A DNA stretch of 64,000 nt from Acidobacteriota bacterium (GTDB lineage Bacteria > Acidobacteriota > Thermoanaerobaculia > Gp7-AA8), in contig JAFATB010000006.1 in the NCBI GenBank assembly GCA_019244185.1, forward strand, positions 448,001 to 512,000, read 5' to 3'. The notes under the pieces were generated by a model that worked only from the letters and a program-made list of their open reading frames with translations, had not been told where the DNA came from and did not search any database. A program made the translations under genes and the position numbers. Below are positions 51,301-63,269 of the stretch, one piece after another; the stretch's first letter is position 1, and each line of letters opens with the position of its first letter.

Positions 51301-53381
51301 GCGACGACGCTCGCCACGGCGATTTCCGTCGCTTTGTCGGGCCACGCCGGATCGGCGTATTGGTAGGTCGTCTCTGCCGTGGCGCTGGTGGACGTGAGCG
51401 TGGCGTCGGCCAATTCGGCCGAGGTCATGCGACAGTGGGTTTGACTGCTCGCCGGATCGCAGCCTGACGGACGAAGGAAACTCGTCGTCGCGGTGAGATG
51501 CGTTGCGTCGAAGGTGCTCGCGGTGACGTATCCGCTCGCGTCCTGACGGCGAATTGCGTGGCCATTGCGGTCATAGACCGCGACCTCGTCACGCGAACCG
51601 CAACTGCTGCAACCGCCGTTTCGTTCGACTGCACGATAGGCGCCGCCAACCGGACGGAGCGTGGTTTCGGTGACGCCACCGCCCGCCGTCGTGACGCGCG
51701 TCATGCTCTCGCCCGGCGTGTCGGTGGAGAGATCGTATTCGATCGTCGCGATCTCGTCGGAAGGTCCGATCGACGAGATGCCGCGGCCGGCGGTGTCGTA
51801 ACTGTGCTGCTCGATGACATGGCCGACGGCGTCGCGCGCAACCGTCATCAGACCGTCCGTGTACTCGTACGTCCGCCACAGGTGCGCCGGACCATCGACT
51901 TGCGTGAGGAGCCCGTTTTCATCGTATTGATACGTCCAGGTGCCGCTCGGGCTCACAATGGACTGCACGGTGCCGTTTTCAATCGCGAGCGTCCAGGTCT
52001 GGCCCGTCCACGTATCCGTGGCGGTCATGCCGACGAGGTCGAACGTCTCCTCATCCCATTGGCGTTCGATGTGGATTGCGCGGCCCGTCGTGATGTCGCG
52101 AATTCCGCTCACATACAGTCCAGTGAAGGACGTCTCGTAATTGCTGCCCGCCGGACGATAGGCGACGTTCCCGTCCTCGTCGATGCGGTAGCTGTCGGGC
52201 ATGCTTCTCCCCTGCGGCCAGATCTGCGCCCCATCCGGCCCGAATGCAACCTGTTCATTGTCAACCGTCGTGAGGTGCAGCACGGACGCGTCGGAGGACA
52301 GCTCCTCGTAGTTCAATACCTGGTCGAACATCGACGTCCAGCCGCGCCCGAAGAAACCGACATCGCCTTCCCCACTGTCGTAAGTACGAGCCAGCGCTCG
52401 TTCCATCAACGGCGGCAGTGGGTCGACCTCGGAAAGCCGTACGTTGCCGTCAGCCAGCGTGACGGGATCTCCGGCCGACGCGGCTTTGCAGTCGCAGTCC
52501 ACCGCGCCGTATCCGCGCTGAACGACATTGCACGCGATGTCGGGTGACCACGACGCCGCTTCGACCAGGATCTGCACCTGCCGCGCGTTCGACGGCGTCT
52601 CGAAATTCTCCACGACGAAGGGCCCGCCATCCTCGAGCTCGGGATCGTCGCCGGACCATTCCTTGATGACCTGCTGGGGGGTCGCGCGCCCATGACCATC
52701 GATCCACGCAAGCGCAAAAATCGTCAGGGATCGGTCGACCGACTCGGTCGCAAAGTGGAAATCGACGGTCACCGTCGCATGACCGGCACCGTTCTTCCTC
52801 ACTGTAACGACGGGGTCGGCGAAGTGACCCGGTGTGCAGACGGAAAGCCACGTCGTTACGCCGAACGTGGGCTCATGGATCACAGGATTGTCCCAGTACC
52901 CGAAATCGCATGCATGTTCCGTGGAGCTCACGACGGTGCTTTGCCCGCCGGTAGGCGTCATGGTGACGTGCAGCGACTGCGCCTGCGTCGTGGCGAGCCC
53001 GTGCAGATCGACCTCTTCGCCGGCGATCGGTACGTATGCGGCGTCCGGATCATCCGCCGCGACAAAGCCTTCACCGCACGCCGGCAGTTGGTGCACGACG
53101 GGCGCCGAGACGTGTGTGTAGGTGTGACCCGCCAGCGACGCCAGCCAGGTGGTCGGCTCGTGCGACCAGACCGTCTCAGTCCCCAACGTCGACCACGTTT
53201 TGTCGGCGTAGACGCCTTGTTTACCGAGGTACGTCACGCCGACCCGCTTGACTCCGCGCGGAACGACGAAACTGGGTCCACAGTCCTGCTGCGGCGACAG
53301 ATCACAGGCGAGGAGCGGCTGCGTCAAAAGAGACCAGACGAGACACGTCGCCACAAAACACCGCTCTGCCGAAGCGCGCAT
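48357..53381 (-). CDS. Rhs/YD-repeat polymorphic toxin with Sec signal peptide
   Basis: DUF6531-like GDPV...GFFGRGW, many Y.YD repeats, core end GRYTQADPIG..GG.N.Y.Y...NP....D.FGL, C-terminal domain of about 130 aa. Confidence 0.93.
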   Translation of the reverse strand: MRASAERCFVATCLVWSLLTQPLLACDLSPQQDCGPSFVVPRGVKRVGVTYLGKQGVYADKTWSTLGTETVWSHEPTTWLASLAGHTYTHVSAPVVHQLPACGEGFVAADDPDAAYVPIAGEEVDLHGLATTQAQSLHVTMTPTGGQSTVVSSTEHACDFGYWDNPVIHEPTFGVTTWLSVCTPGHFADPVVTVRKNGAGHATVTVDFHFATESVDRSLTIFALAWIDGHGRATPQQVIKEWSGDDPELEDGGPFVVENFETPSNARQVQILVEAASWSPDIACNVVQRGYGAVDCDCKAASAGDPVTLADGNVRLSEVDPLPPLMERALARTYDSGEGDVGFFGRGWTSMFDQVLNYEELSSDASVLHLTTVDNEQVAFGPDGAQIWPQGRSMPDSYRIDEDGNVAYRPAGSNYETSFTGLYVSGIRDITTGRAIHIERQWDEETFDLVGMTATDTWTGQTWTLAIENGTVQSIVSPSGTWTYQYDENGLLTQVDGPAHLWRTYEYTDGLMTVARDAVGHVIEQHSYDTAGRGISSIGPSDEIATIEYDLSTDTPGESMTRVTTAGGGVTETTLRPVGGAYRAVERNGGCSSCGSRDEVAVYDRNGHAIRRQDASGYVTASTFDATHLTATTSFLRPSGCDPASSQTHCRMTSAELADATLTSTSATAETTYQYADPAWPDKATEIAVASVVASGALRRETFTYDSLSGAVLEHAVTGRTAAGEETRTTTTTLYDAVTEGAVFNPGGTFASAWLGLPQPRLRKSVNGPRTDVDDTTTFVYYPNDSAVPSELRGRLAAVRDAAGHITRLESYDDFGNVLRMVDPNGVVTTATADEIGRVITSTLEGVSGCSTTSDPLCATDLTTVRAFDGYGPLHSLLPAGQGVTVYGYDSRGRVESVARGPAENDLREEILTTYDSGSGKKNLERYLASEDSTWVEKRRESYAYDGDGRLSSITHPGGAAIAYAYDADNRVVSIQDENHNSPNTFYAYDPAGRLASVRQTLATAPNGEIETSYSYDVQGNLSGVTDPNGNVTSYAYDDFGEMRTQTSPVTGITTYAYDKAGNVTSTTDANGATTSRTYDALGRLLTAESSRTGLDTETVTYTYDQDLCSAGNGIGRLTTMSDPTGDTTYCYERRGLPVAETKVFSTLYAYDAAGNRSSIVYPAGRTVTYAYDFARRPVSATADTTPVVTSASYLPFGPATEVVYGNGTTKTSAFNARYQPQENSLSGPSGTIADYTYAEDAVGNITEIHDATDAAYDRDFAYDDLNRLVTANSGASLWGTGSYTYDAMGNMTSSQLGSRSLSFFYSGSTPRLQSVVSTGTQTVSVDAAGNETSHGHYSARNLFAGTPRVISQFPQPYADFAYDGRGVRVTDTSAPGVGDPETTRLFVYSPDLHLLVRLEPPMLDLGDPIPETDYIWFGSEPVAQASTDASVPLRYTFTDHLGTPLLQTDPTAAIVWRAEYEPYGAIFSYRTGDMTDPQILRLPGQEETPAGGGELSYNIFRWYRAGWGRYTQADPIGVAGGVNSYSYVEANPTNEFDAFGLLPKSSEYCRRLLRTIENLQKKIDERVGELDEDPLGLPEAALGDDKLPRLSRRGHRRLIDTDKAQLAARKAEYLANCSCDPPSGAPTGDGFGKFFSRTYWERATGLTGAALAAYLVFSELSRLYPPRNLVPVP

Positions 53382-53443
53382 AGCAGCTCCTCGTTTTTAA
53401 ATTTTCGATCTGACGGTGACGGCTACTATAGCATGCACATTCG

Positions 53444-55672
53444 ATGAAGCGGCTCGTTGGACTCAGTATTGTTACAGCGGCGGGATTGCTGGTACTCCTG
53501 CCGCTGCTGTATCCGCTCATTACAGGGCAGGAATTATTTCTTCGCGATATCGGGACGACGCACCGCCCTGCGTGGAGTGCGTTTCGTGGAATTGGCTTCG
53601 CGAAAATCAACCCCGCTGCTTCTTTCGGTCAGCCATATAGAGGAAATCCCAATCTGCTGATCTGGTATCCGTTTCCGAAAAGCCGGAACAGCATTGAAGC
53701 CCATGTCGGCGTTCACCTCGCACTGCTTTTCATTGGAGTGTTCGCGTGGCTATTGGAGCGCACAAAACGGCCGACGGCAGCCATCGCGGGCGCACTATGT
53801 TTCACGCTGTCCGGATACGTGCTGTCCATGACATCGTCGATCAATGCGCTCACTTCCATTGCATGGATTCCGTGGATTCTCCTGATTGCAGAACATGCGG
53901 CTGTGACCATGACTGCGCGCATGGCCGCTGTTCGTACTACGGTGCTCGCATTGTTTTCGTTGTCGGGCGAGCCGGTATTCATTGTGGCGACGCTCCTCCT
54001 CGCGCTCGGGCTTGCATGGAGGCGCGGGCGATTGCGAGGAATCGGTGGACTGGTGATCCCCGGCTCGCTTGCGTTGGCGATCACATTCCCCTTGCATCGC
54101 GAGACGTTACTAGCCGCGCTCGAATCGAGCCGGGTCGTACACGGATTCTCGTTCGCTCAGGCGGCGAGCTATTCACTGCATCCCGTGCGGCTGATCGAGG
54201 AGCTCGTTCCCGGCTTTTTCGGAAATCCCTCGCACCTGCTCGTGGGAACGTGGTGGGGGTACGCGGTCTCCCGCAACGCGCTCCCTTCCGTCTGGTCGAT
54301 CACGACCGGTGTCGTCGCGCTGGCGATTCTCTGCGCATACGGCGCGCTCACGCGATTCCGCGAGCACCGTCCATGGTGGATCCTGCTGGTCGTGACGGCC
54401 ATCGTCTCCTTCGGCGGATATTTGCCGGGCAGCGAGCGACTGTGGCCGCTTTTGCCTCTCCTGCACGTCGTCCGATTTCCGATCAAAGCGTTTCTGTTCG
54501 CAACTTTGTGCGTGAGCGTGCTCGTCGCGCACGGTTTCGCGTATCTCAATGGCCTGCCCGCACGCTCACCCGCGCGTGGCCACGTGGCGTTTTCCATGGC
54601 CAGTGCCGCGTTGGTTTCGCTCGCTGGCGCTCTCGCCGCCGGCTTGCATGGCGATGCGATCACACGCTGGATCGAGCGCGCGTTTTCGGATCCACGCTGG
54701 CGCGAGCCGCCGGCAGTGGTTCTGGCGCCGCTGCAGACACTCGTCGTCACAAGATTGTCGGAGGCCGCCGTGCTGTGCTCGCTTCTTTTCTTCTGGATCG
54801 TGCGCAGGCGAACCATCGTGTTTGACGCAGTCATTGCAGCGGCTATTGCGCTCGAATTGATTGTGGCCGGCGCAGACCTGATGCCGAAGATTACGCGCTC
54901 GCGACAAACGGATGTTTCGCCGCTCCTCAATGCGGCCCGTTCCGTTCATGGACGCGTGTTCGAGCGAGCGGCGAAGGATCTCGACGCGCCGGTCGATGGC
55001 CTCATGGGACATTACGGCGCGGACGATTCATCGCAACTCGCCATTGCCCAATCGCGGCAGGCGTGGGCGCTCTATGGCTCGATCTACGGCGTGCAATACG
55101 CGTACGACCGCTCGCCCGACGGCAGCTACACGTGGCGCAATCAACTCGTCGAGGAGTGGCTCGAAGGAATGCCGTGGCCGCAGCGCATTCGGTGGCTTCG
55201 CGGTGTCGCCGTGGCAGCGGTCATTGCGTCCGATGTCCCTGCGGGAATGCCGGGATTACGCACGGTCGCGCAGGAAGCGTCGATTGGAATCCCAGCCACG
55301 CTTTCTCTCATCGAGCCGCGTCTTTCGGAACTGCGGGTGCCGCCGAAGATCGTCTGGGTGCGGACGCCCGAAGCAGCATTCGCGAGCTTCACCAGCGGCG
55401 CGTTCGACGAGCAGTCGACCGTGATGGTCGAAGGAAGCGGACGCATCGCGCAGAACGGCGCTGCTGTCGTGGAGATGATCCGCAACGAGGCGGATCGCGT
55501 CATCTTCCGCAGTACGGCGAGCAGCGCTGCGTTCGTGTTCCTCGCCCGCTCGTACACGCGTCAGGTACGCGCAAGTACCGCGCAACGCGACCTGCGCGTG
55601 TATCCCGCCAACGTGCACCTCTGTGCGATCGAGGTACCTGCCGGAACGAACGAGATCGCCGTCAGCTTCTGA
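53444..55672 (+). CDS. YfhO-like GT-C membrane glycosyltransferase
   Basis: LFLRD, NP..SFG.P...NPN, many TM helices, VRFP.K, C-terminal PAN....I.VPAG...I. Confidence 0.75.
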   Translation: MKRLVGLSIVTAAGLLVLLPLLYPLITGQELFLRDIGTTHRPAWSAFRGIGFAKINPAASFGQPYRGNPNLLIWYPFPKSRNSIEAHVGVHLALLFIGVFAWLLERTKRPTAAIAGALCFTLSGYVLSMTSSINALTSIAWIPWILLIAEHAAVTMTARMAAVRTTVLALFSLSGEPVFIVATLLLALGLAWRRGRLRGIGGLVIPGSLALAITFPLHRETLLAALESSRVVHGFSFAQAASYSLHPVRLIEELVPGFFGNPSHLLVGTWWGYAVSRNALPSVWSITTGVVALAILCAYGALTRFREHRPWWILLVVTAIVSFGGYLPGSERLWPLLPLLHVVRFPIKAFLFATLCVSVLVAHGFAYLNGLPARSPARGHVAFSMASAALVSLAGALAAGLHGDAITRWIERAFSDPRWREPPAVVLAPLQTLVVTRLSEAAVLCSLLFFWIVRRRTIVFDAVIAAAIALELIVAGADLMPKITRSRQTDVSPLLNAARSVHGRVFERAAKDLDAPVDGLMGHYGADDSSQLAIAQSRQAWALYGSIYGVQYAYDRSPDGSYTWRNQLVEEWLEGMPWPQRIRWLRGVAVAAVIASDVPAGMPGLRTVAQEASIGIPATLSLIEPRLSELRVPPKIVWVRTPEAAFASFTSGAFDEQSTVMVEGSGRIAQNGAAVVEMIRNEADRVIFRSTASSAAFVFLARSYTRQVRASTAQRDLRVYPANVHLCAIEVPAGTNEIAVSF

Positions 55673-55689
55673 CGGCGATCTCGTGATCC

Positions 55690-58152
<2,463 letters not shown>

Positions 58153-58209
58153 CTCAGCCTCTCGATCGGGGAGAACCAGCGGCGGTTCCGTGCAATGGCT
58201 GTTCCCGCC

Positions 58210-58656
58210 TCATTTCAGACGGTGCAGCTCCTTCACAAACGCATCGACATCTTCGAAGCGGCGGTACACGGACGCGAACCGGACGTAAGCGACCGGATCG
58301 AGTCCGCGCAGGCGATCCATGACCATGGTGCCGAGGGCCTGCGAGGAGATCTCGCGCTCGCCGGCGTCGGCCATCACCGACTCGATGGAGTCGGCGATGC
58401 GTTCGAGCTGCGCCTGCGGCACGGGACGTTTGCGACAGGCGATCTGCAGGCCGCGCATCAACTTGCCGCGGTCGTACGCCTCACGGCGCTCGTCGCGTTT
58501 GACGACCTGGAACGTCGGCAGCTCGATTTTCTCGTAGGACGTGAAGCGCCGCTCGCACGCGGCGCACTCGCGGCGCCTGCGGATCACATCGCCCTCCCGG
58601 CTCTCGCGCGAGTCGACGACGCGATCCTCGAGATTGCTGCAATACGGGCAGCGCAT
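58210..58656 (-). CDS. nrdR: Transcriptional repressor NrdR
   Basis: CPYC..VVDSR..RRRREC..C..RFTSYE, ATP cone, AYVRFASVY. Confidence 0.97.
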   Translation of the reverse strand: MRCPYCSNLEDRVVDSRESREGDVIRRRRECAACERRFTSYEKIELPTFQVVKRDERREAYDRGKLMRGLQIACRKRPVPQAQLERIADSIESVMADAGEREISSQALGTMVMDRLRGLDPVAYVRFASVYRRFEDVDAFVKELHRLK

Positions 58657-58693
58657 GGTGCGGCCCGTATATCACAACCGTCAAAAGCTGAAA

Positions 58694-58793
58694 GAAGAAC
58701 GCAGAACGCAGAATGAAGAACGTAGAAAGCGCGGCCGCGCAGCGGCCCACCTCACTTCTTCATTCTTCATTCTGCGTTCTGCATTCTTCATTC
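58694..58793. repeat. Heptamer-repeat hairpin element
   Basis: (GAACGCA/GAATGAA)n ... (TTCTTCA/TTCTGCG/TTCTGCA)n. Begins at the stop codon of the minus-strand gene. Confidence 0.8.
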
Positions 58794-59795
58794 GCTTTTT
58801 CTAAAGTCCCCCGGCCGCAGCCCCGCTCTCGCAAACAAAAATAGTCCCGTCACCAGCACGGGAAGCGTGCTGACGAGATGGAAGAGCACGGCGATGGCGA
58901 TGGAGAGGTCGATGTCGAAGCCGTAGAAGTGCGTCAGCACGAGCTGACATGCTTTGTGAAAGCCTCCGACGCCGCCGGGCGTCGGAATCGCGAGCCCGAC
59001 CGTGGTCACGCCGATGACGAAGAAGCTGGAGTCGAACGGCAGCGGATGATGCGCGGCGAGCGTGGAGAACCAGAACTGCGAGCTGAGACACATCCAGACG
59101 CCGGCGGTGCACAGCACGACCTTGATGAACGCCGTGCGATGCCGCGCGATCGTCAGCGTGGCCGCGAACGAGTCGAAGAAGTGCATCCACGCGTCGCGGA
59201 TGCGGCGCGGCAGGATGCGTCCGATCGCCGCGTGCATCCGCCGCACGGACGACCCGAAGAAGTAGATCGCGAACATGAGCGTGAAGAGCGCGACGAGGAT
59301 CGCCGCCGCCGCGATCGCACCGATGCGCACGATGTAGAACCAGCCCGCGACGGCGGGATTGTGCGAGAGCTCGCGCCAGCGGCGCGCGGCGAAGTAGACG
59401 AACATGCCGAGGATGCTGATGAGATCGAGCACGCGCTCGGTGAGGACGGTGCCGAGGGCGCCGGAGAAACGGTGGGATGTACGGCGCGCGAGCATGGCCG
59501 GACGGGCGAGGTCGGCCGCGCGGATCGGCAGCACGATGGACAGCATGTAGCCGACGGCGTTGGCGAAGAAGGTCGCGCCGAACGGCGGCGGATCGTCGGG
59601 ATCGAGGATCGTGCGCCAGCGGACCGTGCGCAAGAGAATCGCGCAGATGTTCACGAGCAGTCCCACGACGATCCAGCCGGGCGTCGTCGTGCGCAGGATG
59701 GCGCCGACGTCGGCGAAATTCGCGTTGTGCAGGAAAAGCCAGAGAAAAAAGACGGTGAGCGCGACGATCGCCGCCAGCTGGAGAATGCGCTTCAA
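58788..59795 (-). CDS. UPF0104 / lysylphosphatidylglycerol synthase TM-domain flippase-like protein
   Basis: R..RW..IL, LP.RA.D..R, ERVLD, PTPGGVG. Confidence 0.88.
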   Translation of the reverse strand: MKRILQLAAIVALTVFFLWLFLHNANFADVGAILRTTTPGWIVVGLLVNICAILLRTVRWRTILDPDDPPPFGATFFANAVGYMLSIVLPIRAADLARPAMLARRTSHRFSGALGTVLTERVLDLISILGMFVYFAARRWRELSHNPAVAGWFYIVRIGAIAAAAILVALFTLMFAIYFFGSSVRRMHAAIGRILPRRIRDAWMHFFDSFAATLTIARHRTAFIKVVLCTAGVWMCLSSQFWFSTLAAHHPLPFDSSFFVIGVTTVGLAIPTPGGVGGFHKACQLVLTHFYGFDIDLSIAIAVLFHLVSTLPVLVTGLFLFARAGLRPGDFRKSE

Positions 59796-59824
59796 GGCGC
59801 CGGACGTTGTACCACGGGTCGCTG

Positions 59825-60796
59825 ATGTTGAAGATCTACACGAGCTCCGTTTTCCATCGACACGACACCGGTCCGGGCCATCCCGAGCGCGCCTCGCGGC
59901 TCGATGCGGCCATTGAAGGAGTCACGCGCGCGGGCGTCCGCGAGCAGTTGATCGTCGATCCGGATTTGCATCCGGAGACCAGCCGCATCATCGCCAAAGT
60001 GCATTCGGCGCAGTACGAGCGGGACCTCGACGACGCCACGCGCGCCGGCTTCCGCTACTTCCATTCGGTCGACAATCCGATCTCGTCGGCGAGCTTCAGC
60101 GCCGCGCGCGCGGCGGTCGGGATTTCGCTGGCGGCCGCGGCGGAGGCGTACGGAAGCGGCGACGCGCGGCGCGCGTTCGTGATCGCGCGTCCGCCGGGAC
60201 ATCACGCCGAGCGCGCGCAGGCGATGGGCTTCTGCTTCTTCAACACGATCGCGTGCGTGGCGGAGTTTCTGCGCGAGCAGCCGGGCATCGAGCGCGTGTT
60301 CATCTACGACTTCGACGTCCATCACGGCAACGGCACGCAGCATCTCTTCGAAGAGCGCGGCGACGTGTACTACGCGTCGATCCATCGCTATCCGTTTTAT
60401 CCGGGCACCGGCGCGCGCGAGGAGATCGGCACCGGCGCAGGGCGCGGCTTCACCAAGAACGTGCCGCTCGAAGCGGGCGAGGGCGACGCCGCGTTTCTGC
60501 GCGCGACCGAAGACGAGATCGTGCGCGCCATCGACGAGTTCCGTCCGAACGCGATCCTGCTCTCGGCGGGCTTCGACGCGCATCGCCGCGATCCGCTCGG
60601 CGGCATGCGCGTGACGGAGGGCGCGTACGGCGAGCTCACGCGGCGCATCGTCGAATCGGCCGAACGCTGGTGCGGCGGGCGGCTGTTCTCGCTGCTCGAA
60701 GGTGGCTACGACCTCGAAGGATTAGCGGCGAGCGTCGCCGAGCACGTCAACGTTTTGAGCGCAGGATCGACGCGTACAGCTCCTCCAGCCGATTGA
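59825..60796 (+). CDS. Histone deacetylase-family (Zn) amidohydrolase
   Basis: HPE, RPPGHHA, GFC.FN, DFDVHHGNGT, SAGFDAH, LEGGY. Confidence 0.96.
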   Translation: MLKIYTSSVFHRHDTGPGHPERASRLDAAIEGVTRAGVREQLIVDPDLHPETSRIIAKVHSAQYERDLDDATRAGFRYFHSVDNPISSASFSAARAAVGISLAAAAEAYGSGDARRAFVIARPPGHHAERAQAMGFCFFNTIACVAEFLREQPGIERVFIYDFDVHHGNGTQHLFEERGDVYYASIHRYPFYPGTGAREEIGTGAGRGFTKNVPLEAGEGDAAFLRATEDEIVRAIDEFRPNAILLSAGFDAHRRDPLGGMRVTEGAYGELTRRIVESAERWCGGRLFSLLEGGYDLEGLAASVAEHVNVLSAGSTRTAPPAD

Positions 60797-61856
60797 TCCG
60801 CAGTTCCTTCGAGAACCCCTTCACGACGTGCTGCCGGGCGGCATTCCCGATCTCCGCCGCGCGCGCGGGATTCGCGATCACCGCGCGCAGCGCCTTCGTC
60901 AGCGCCGCGCGGTCCTTCATCGGCACGAGCCAGCCGACATCGGATGTCGACACAAGCTCCTGGTTGCCGCCGGCGTCGGTCGCGATCACCGGCTTGCCCA
61001 TCGCCATCGCCTCGCGGATCGTGCCGGTGATGCCGGTGCCGGCCCACGATGCGTCGACCACGACGTCGCACGACGCGAAGACGTTCGGCATGTCGGTGCG
61101 GTATTCGACCGCGCTCACGCGTTCCTCGACGCCGACTTCGCGCGCGTACCGCAGCACTTCGTCTTTCTCCTGCGCATTGCGGCAGCCGATGAGCAGCAGG
61201 TGGACGTTCGGATGCGCGGGGGCGACGTCGGAGACCGAATCGATCAGCTCCTTCCACCCTTTCCAGTCGCGCACGCCGACCTGCGCGACGACGAAGCGAT
61301 CGTCCGCGATCGACTTTTCGCGGCGGAACGCGCGGGCGTCCCAACGCACGGGATCGAACAGCATCACATCCGTGCCCGCATAAATGACTTGCACCTTCTC
61401 CTCGGGCAAGCGTCCCGACGTCCCGATCACGTCCTTGATCTGCCGGCAGACGGTGACGACGCGGTCGACGCGGCTCGTGCGGTATTTGCCGCGGTTCCAG
61501 AGGTCGAGCGGAAACGACACGCCGCGATTGACGACGAACGCGCCGGCCGGCCGGCGCCACGTCGCCGCGAGCGCGAGCGCGTGCGAGATGCCCTTGTGCA
61601 CGTGAATGACGTCCGGCGGCGCGTTGCGGAACAAGCGCCGCAGCGCGCGAACCGTCGCGAAGTCGAACTGATGGCGAAAGGGAAGGCCGTGGAAATGGAT
61701 GTCCTGCTCGGCGGCTTTGGCGGCGAGGATCGCGTCCGGTTTACTGACGATGGTCACGTCGTGGCCGCGCTGGCGCAGGCCCGACGCCGCCTGAAACATC
61801 TGATGGACCGACCCGGTATTGAACTGATTGAACTCGAGAATCTGGTAGATCTTCAT
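60747..61856 (-). CDS. GT4-family glycosyltransferase
   Basis: PDVIHVH, KG, EAMAMGKPVIATD.GG..E. Confidence 0.9.
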   Translation of the reverse strand: MKIYQILEFNQFNTGSVHQMFQAASGLRQRGHDVTIVSKPDAILAAKAAEQDIHFHGLPFRHQFDFATVRALRRLFRNAPPDVIHVHKGISHALALAATWRRPAGAFVVNRGVSFPLDLWNRGKYRTSRVDRVVTVCRQIKDVIGTSGRLPEEKVQVIYAGTDVMLFDPVRWDARAFRREKSIADDRFVVAQVGVRDWKGWKELIDSVSDVAPAHPNVHLLLIGCRNAQEKDEVLRYAREVGVEERVSAVEYRTDMPNVFASCDVVVDASWAGTGITGTIREAMAMGKPVIATDAGGNQELVSTSDVGWLVPMKDRAALTKALRAVIANPARAAEIGNAARQHVVKGFSKELRINRLEELYASILRSKR

Positions 61857-61906
61857 CGTTGCCGGTTGCCTCTGCCGGCAACGGCGCCATGATATCGTTC
61901 TGCACC

Positions 61907-62761
61907 ATGCGTCGAAGCAGCCTCTTCACGCTCGCTCTCTTTCTCACGCTCGTCTCCTGCAACCGCAACAACACCGCGCCCGCGGCCGCGCCGCCTCCGT
62001 CGGCGACCGCGACGACCGCGTCTTCGCCGCCGCCGGCTGCAGCACCCGCGTCCGCCGCGATTCCGCGCATCAGCTATCCGTCGCTCGCGGGGAACGCCAG
62101 CGCGTATCTGGCGACGCCGCCCGCCGCGTCCGGACGCAAGCCGGCCATCATCGTCATTCACGAGTGGTGGGGGCTCAACGACTGGGTGAAGCAGCAGGCG
62201 GATCGCTTTGCGTCGCAGGGCTATGTCGCGCTCGCGGTCGATCTCTATCGCGGCCAGGTCGCGAACGATCAGGAGACCGCACACGAGCTCTCGCGCGCGC
62301 TGCCGGAAGATCGCGCGCTCGCCGATCTCAAAGGCGCCTTCGAGTACCTCGCGAAGCGCGACGACGTCGATCCCGCGCGCATCGGCGTCATCGGCTGGTG
62401 CATGGGCGGCGGCTACTCGCTCGGCCTCACAACGAACGAGCCGCGCCTCGCGGCGAGCGTCATCAACTACGGCCGGCTCGTCACCGATCCCGCGACGATC
62501 GCGAAGATCAAGACGCCGATCCTCGGCAACTTCGGTGCGCTCGACAAAGGCATTCCGCCGGCCGACGTGCAGGCGTTCGACAAGGCGCTGCACGCCGCCG
62601 GCAAAACGGCCGATCTCAAGATCTATCCCGACGCCGGCCACGCCTTCATCAATCCGAACAACAAGGCCGGCTACGTCGCCGCGGACGCGGCCGACGCGAA
62701 CGCGCGCATCGACCGCTTTTTCATGCAAACATTGAAGCCGGGAGGCGGCCTTGCCAAGTGA
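61907..62761 (+). CDS. Dienelactone hydrolase-family lipoprotein
   Basis: Lipobox LVSC, HEWWGL, GWCMGG, YPDAGHAF. Confidence 0.92.
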   Translation: MRRSSLFTLALFLTLVSCNRNNTAPAAAPPPSATATTASSPPPAAAPASAAIPRISYPSLAGNASAYLATPPAASGRKPAIIVIHEWWGLNDWVKQQADRFASQGYVALAVDLYRGQVANDQETAHELSRALPEDRALADLKGAFEYLAKRDDVDPARIGVIGWCMGGGYSLGLTTNEPRLAASVINYGRLVTDPATIAKIKTPILGNFGALDKGIPPADVQAFDKALHAAGKTADLKIYPDAGHAFINPNNKAGYVAADAADANARIDRFFMQTLKPGGGLAK

Positions 62762-63269
62762 CAAGCCGGCGCCGAAGGAGTTGAAGGTCACCGACAAACG
62801 GATCTTCACCGCCGACGGCGAAATCCGCGACGAGTTCAAGAAGGAGATTCAGCCGAGCGACGCGCCACCGCCGCGCGCCGCCGAGCCTCCGCCTCCGCCG
62901 CCTCCGCAAGAAACGCCGAACGAAACGCCGAAGCAGGCTGGCGCCACCGCAGCGAAGCAGCCGCCGAAACAGGATCGGCGCGAGCAAGCCGGCCGCAGCG
63001 TCGCCGACCGCGCCGCGAATCCCGACACGCCGTTCACGCACTTTCTCGAAGGCCTCATCATGCAGGCCTACATGCTCCTCGGCATGCTGCGCGATCCGTA
63101 TCGCCCGCAGAGCGCGGCCGATCCCGCCGCCGCGCGGCAGCTCATCGACATCCTCGCGCTGCTGCAGGAGAAGACCGCCGGCAACCTCACCGAGGAGGAG
63201 ACGGAGTTCCTCGAGACGCACCTCGGTGAACTGAAGCTCGCCTACGTCCAGCGCACGAAGAGCCTCTGA
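62751..63269 (+). CDS. DUF1844-family protein
   Basis: A..LG...P, AR..IDIL..L.EKT.GNL..EE..FL...L.EL.L.YV. Confidence 0.85.
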   Translation: MPSDKPAPKELKVTDKRIFTADGEIRDEFKKEIQPSDAPPPRAAEPPPPPPPQETPNETPKQAGATAAKQPPKQDRREQAGRSVADRAANPDTPFTHFLEGLIMQAYMLLGMLRDPYRPQSAADPAAARQLIDILALLQEKTAGNLTEEETEFLETHLGELKLAYVQRTKSL

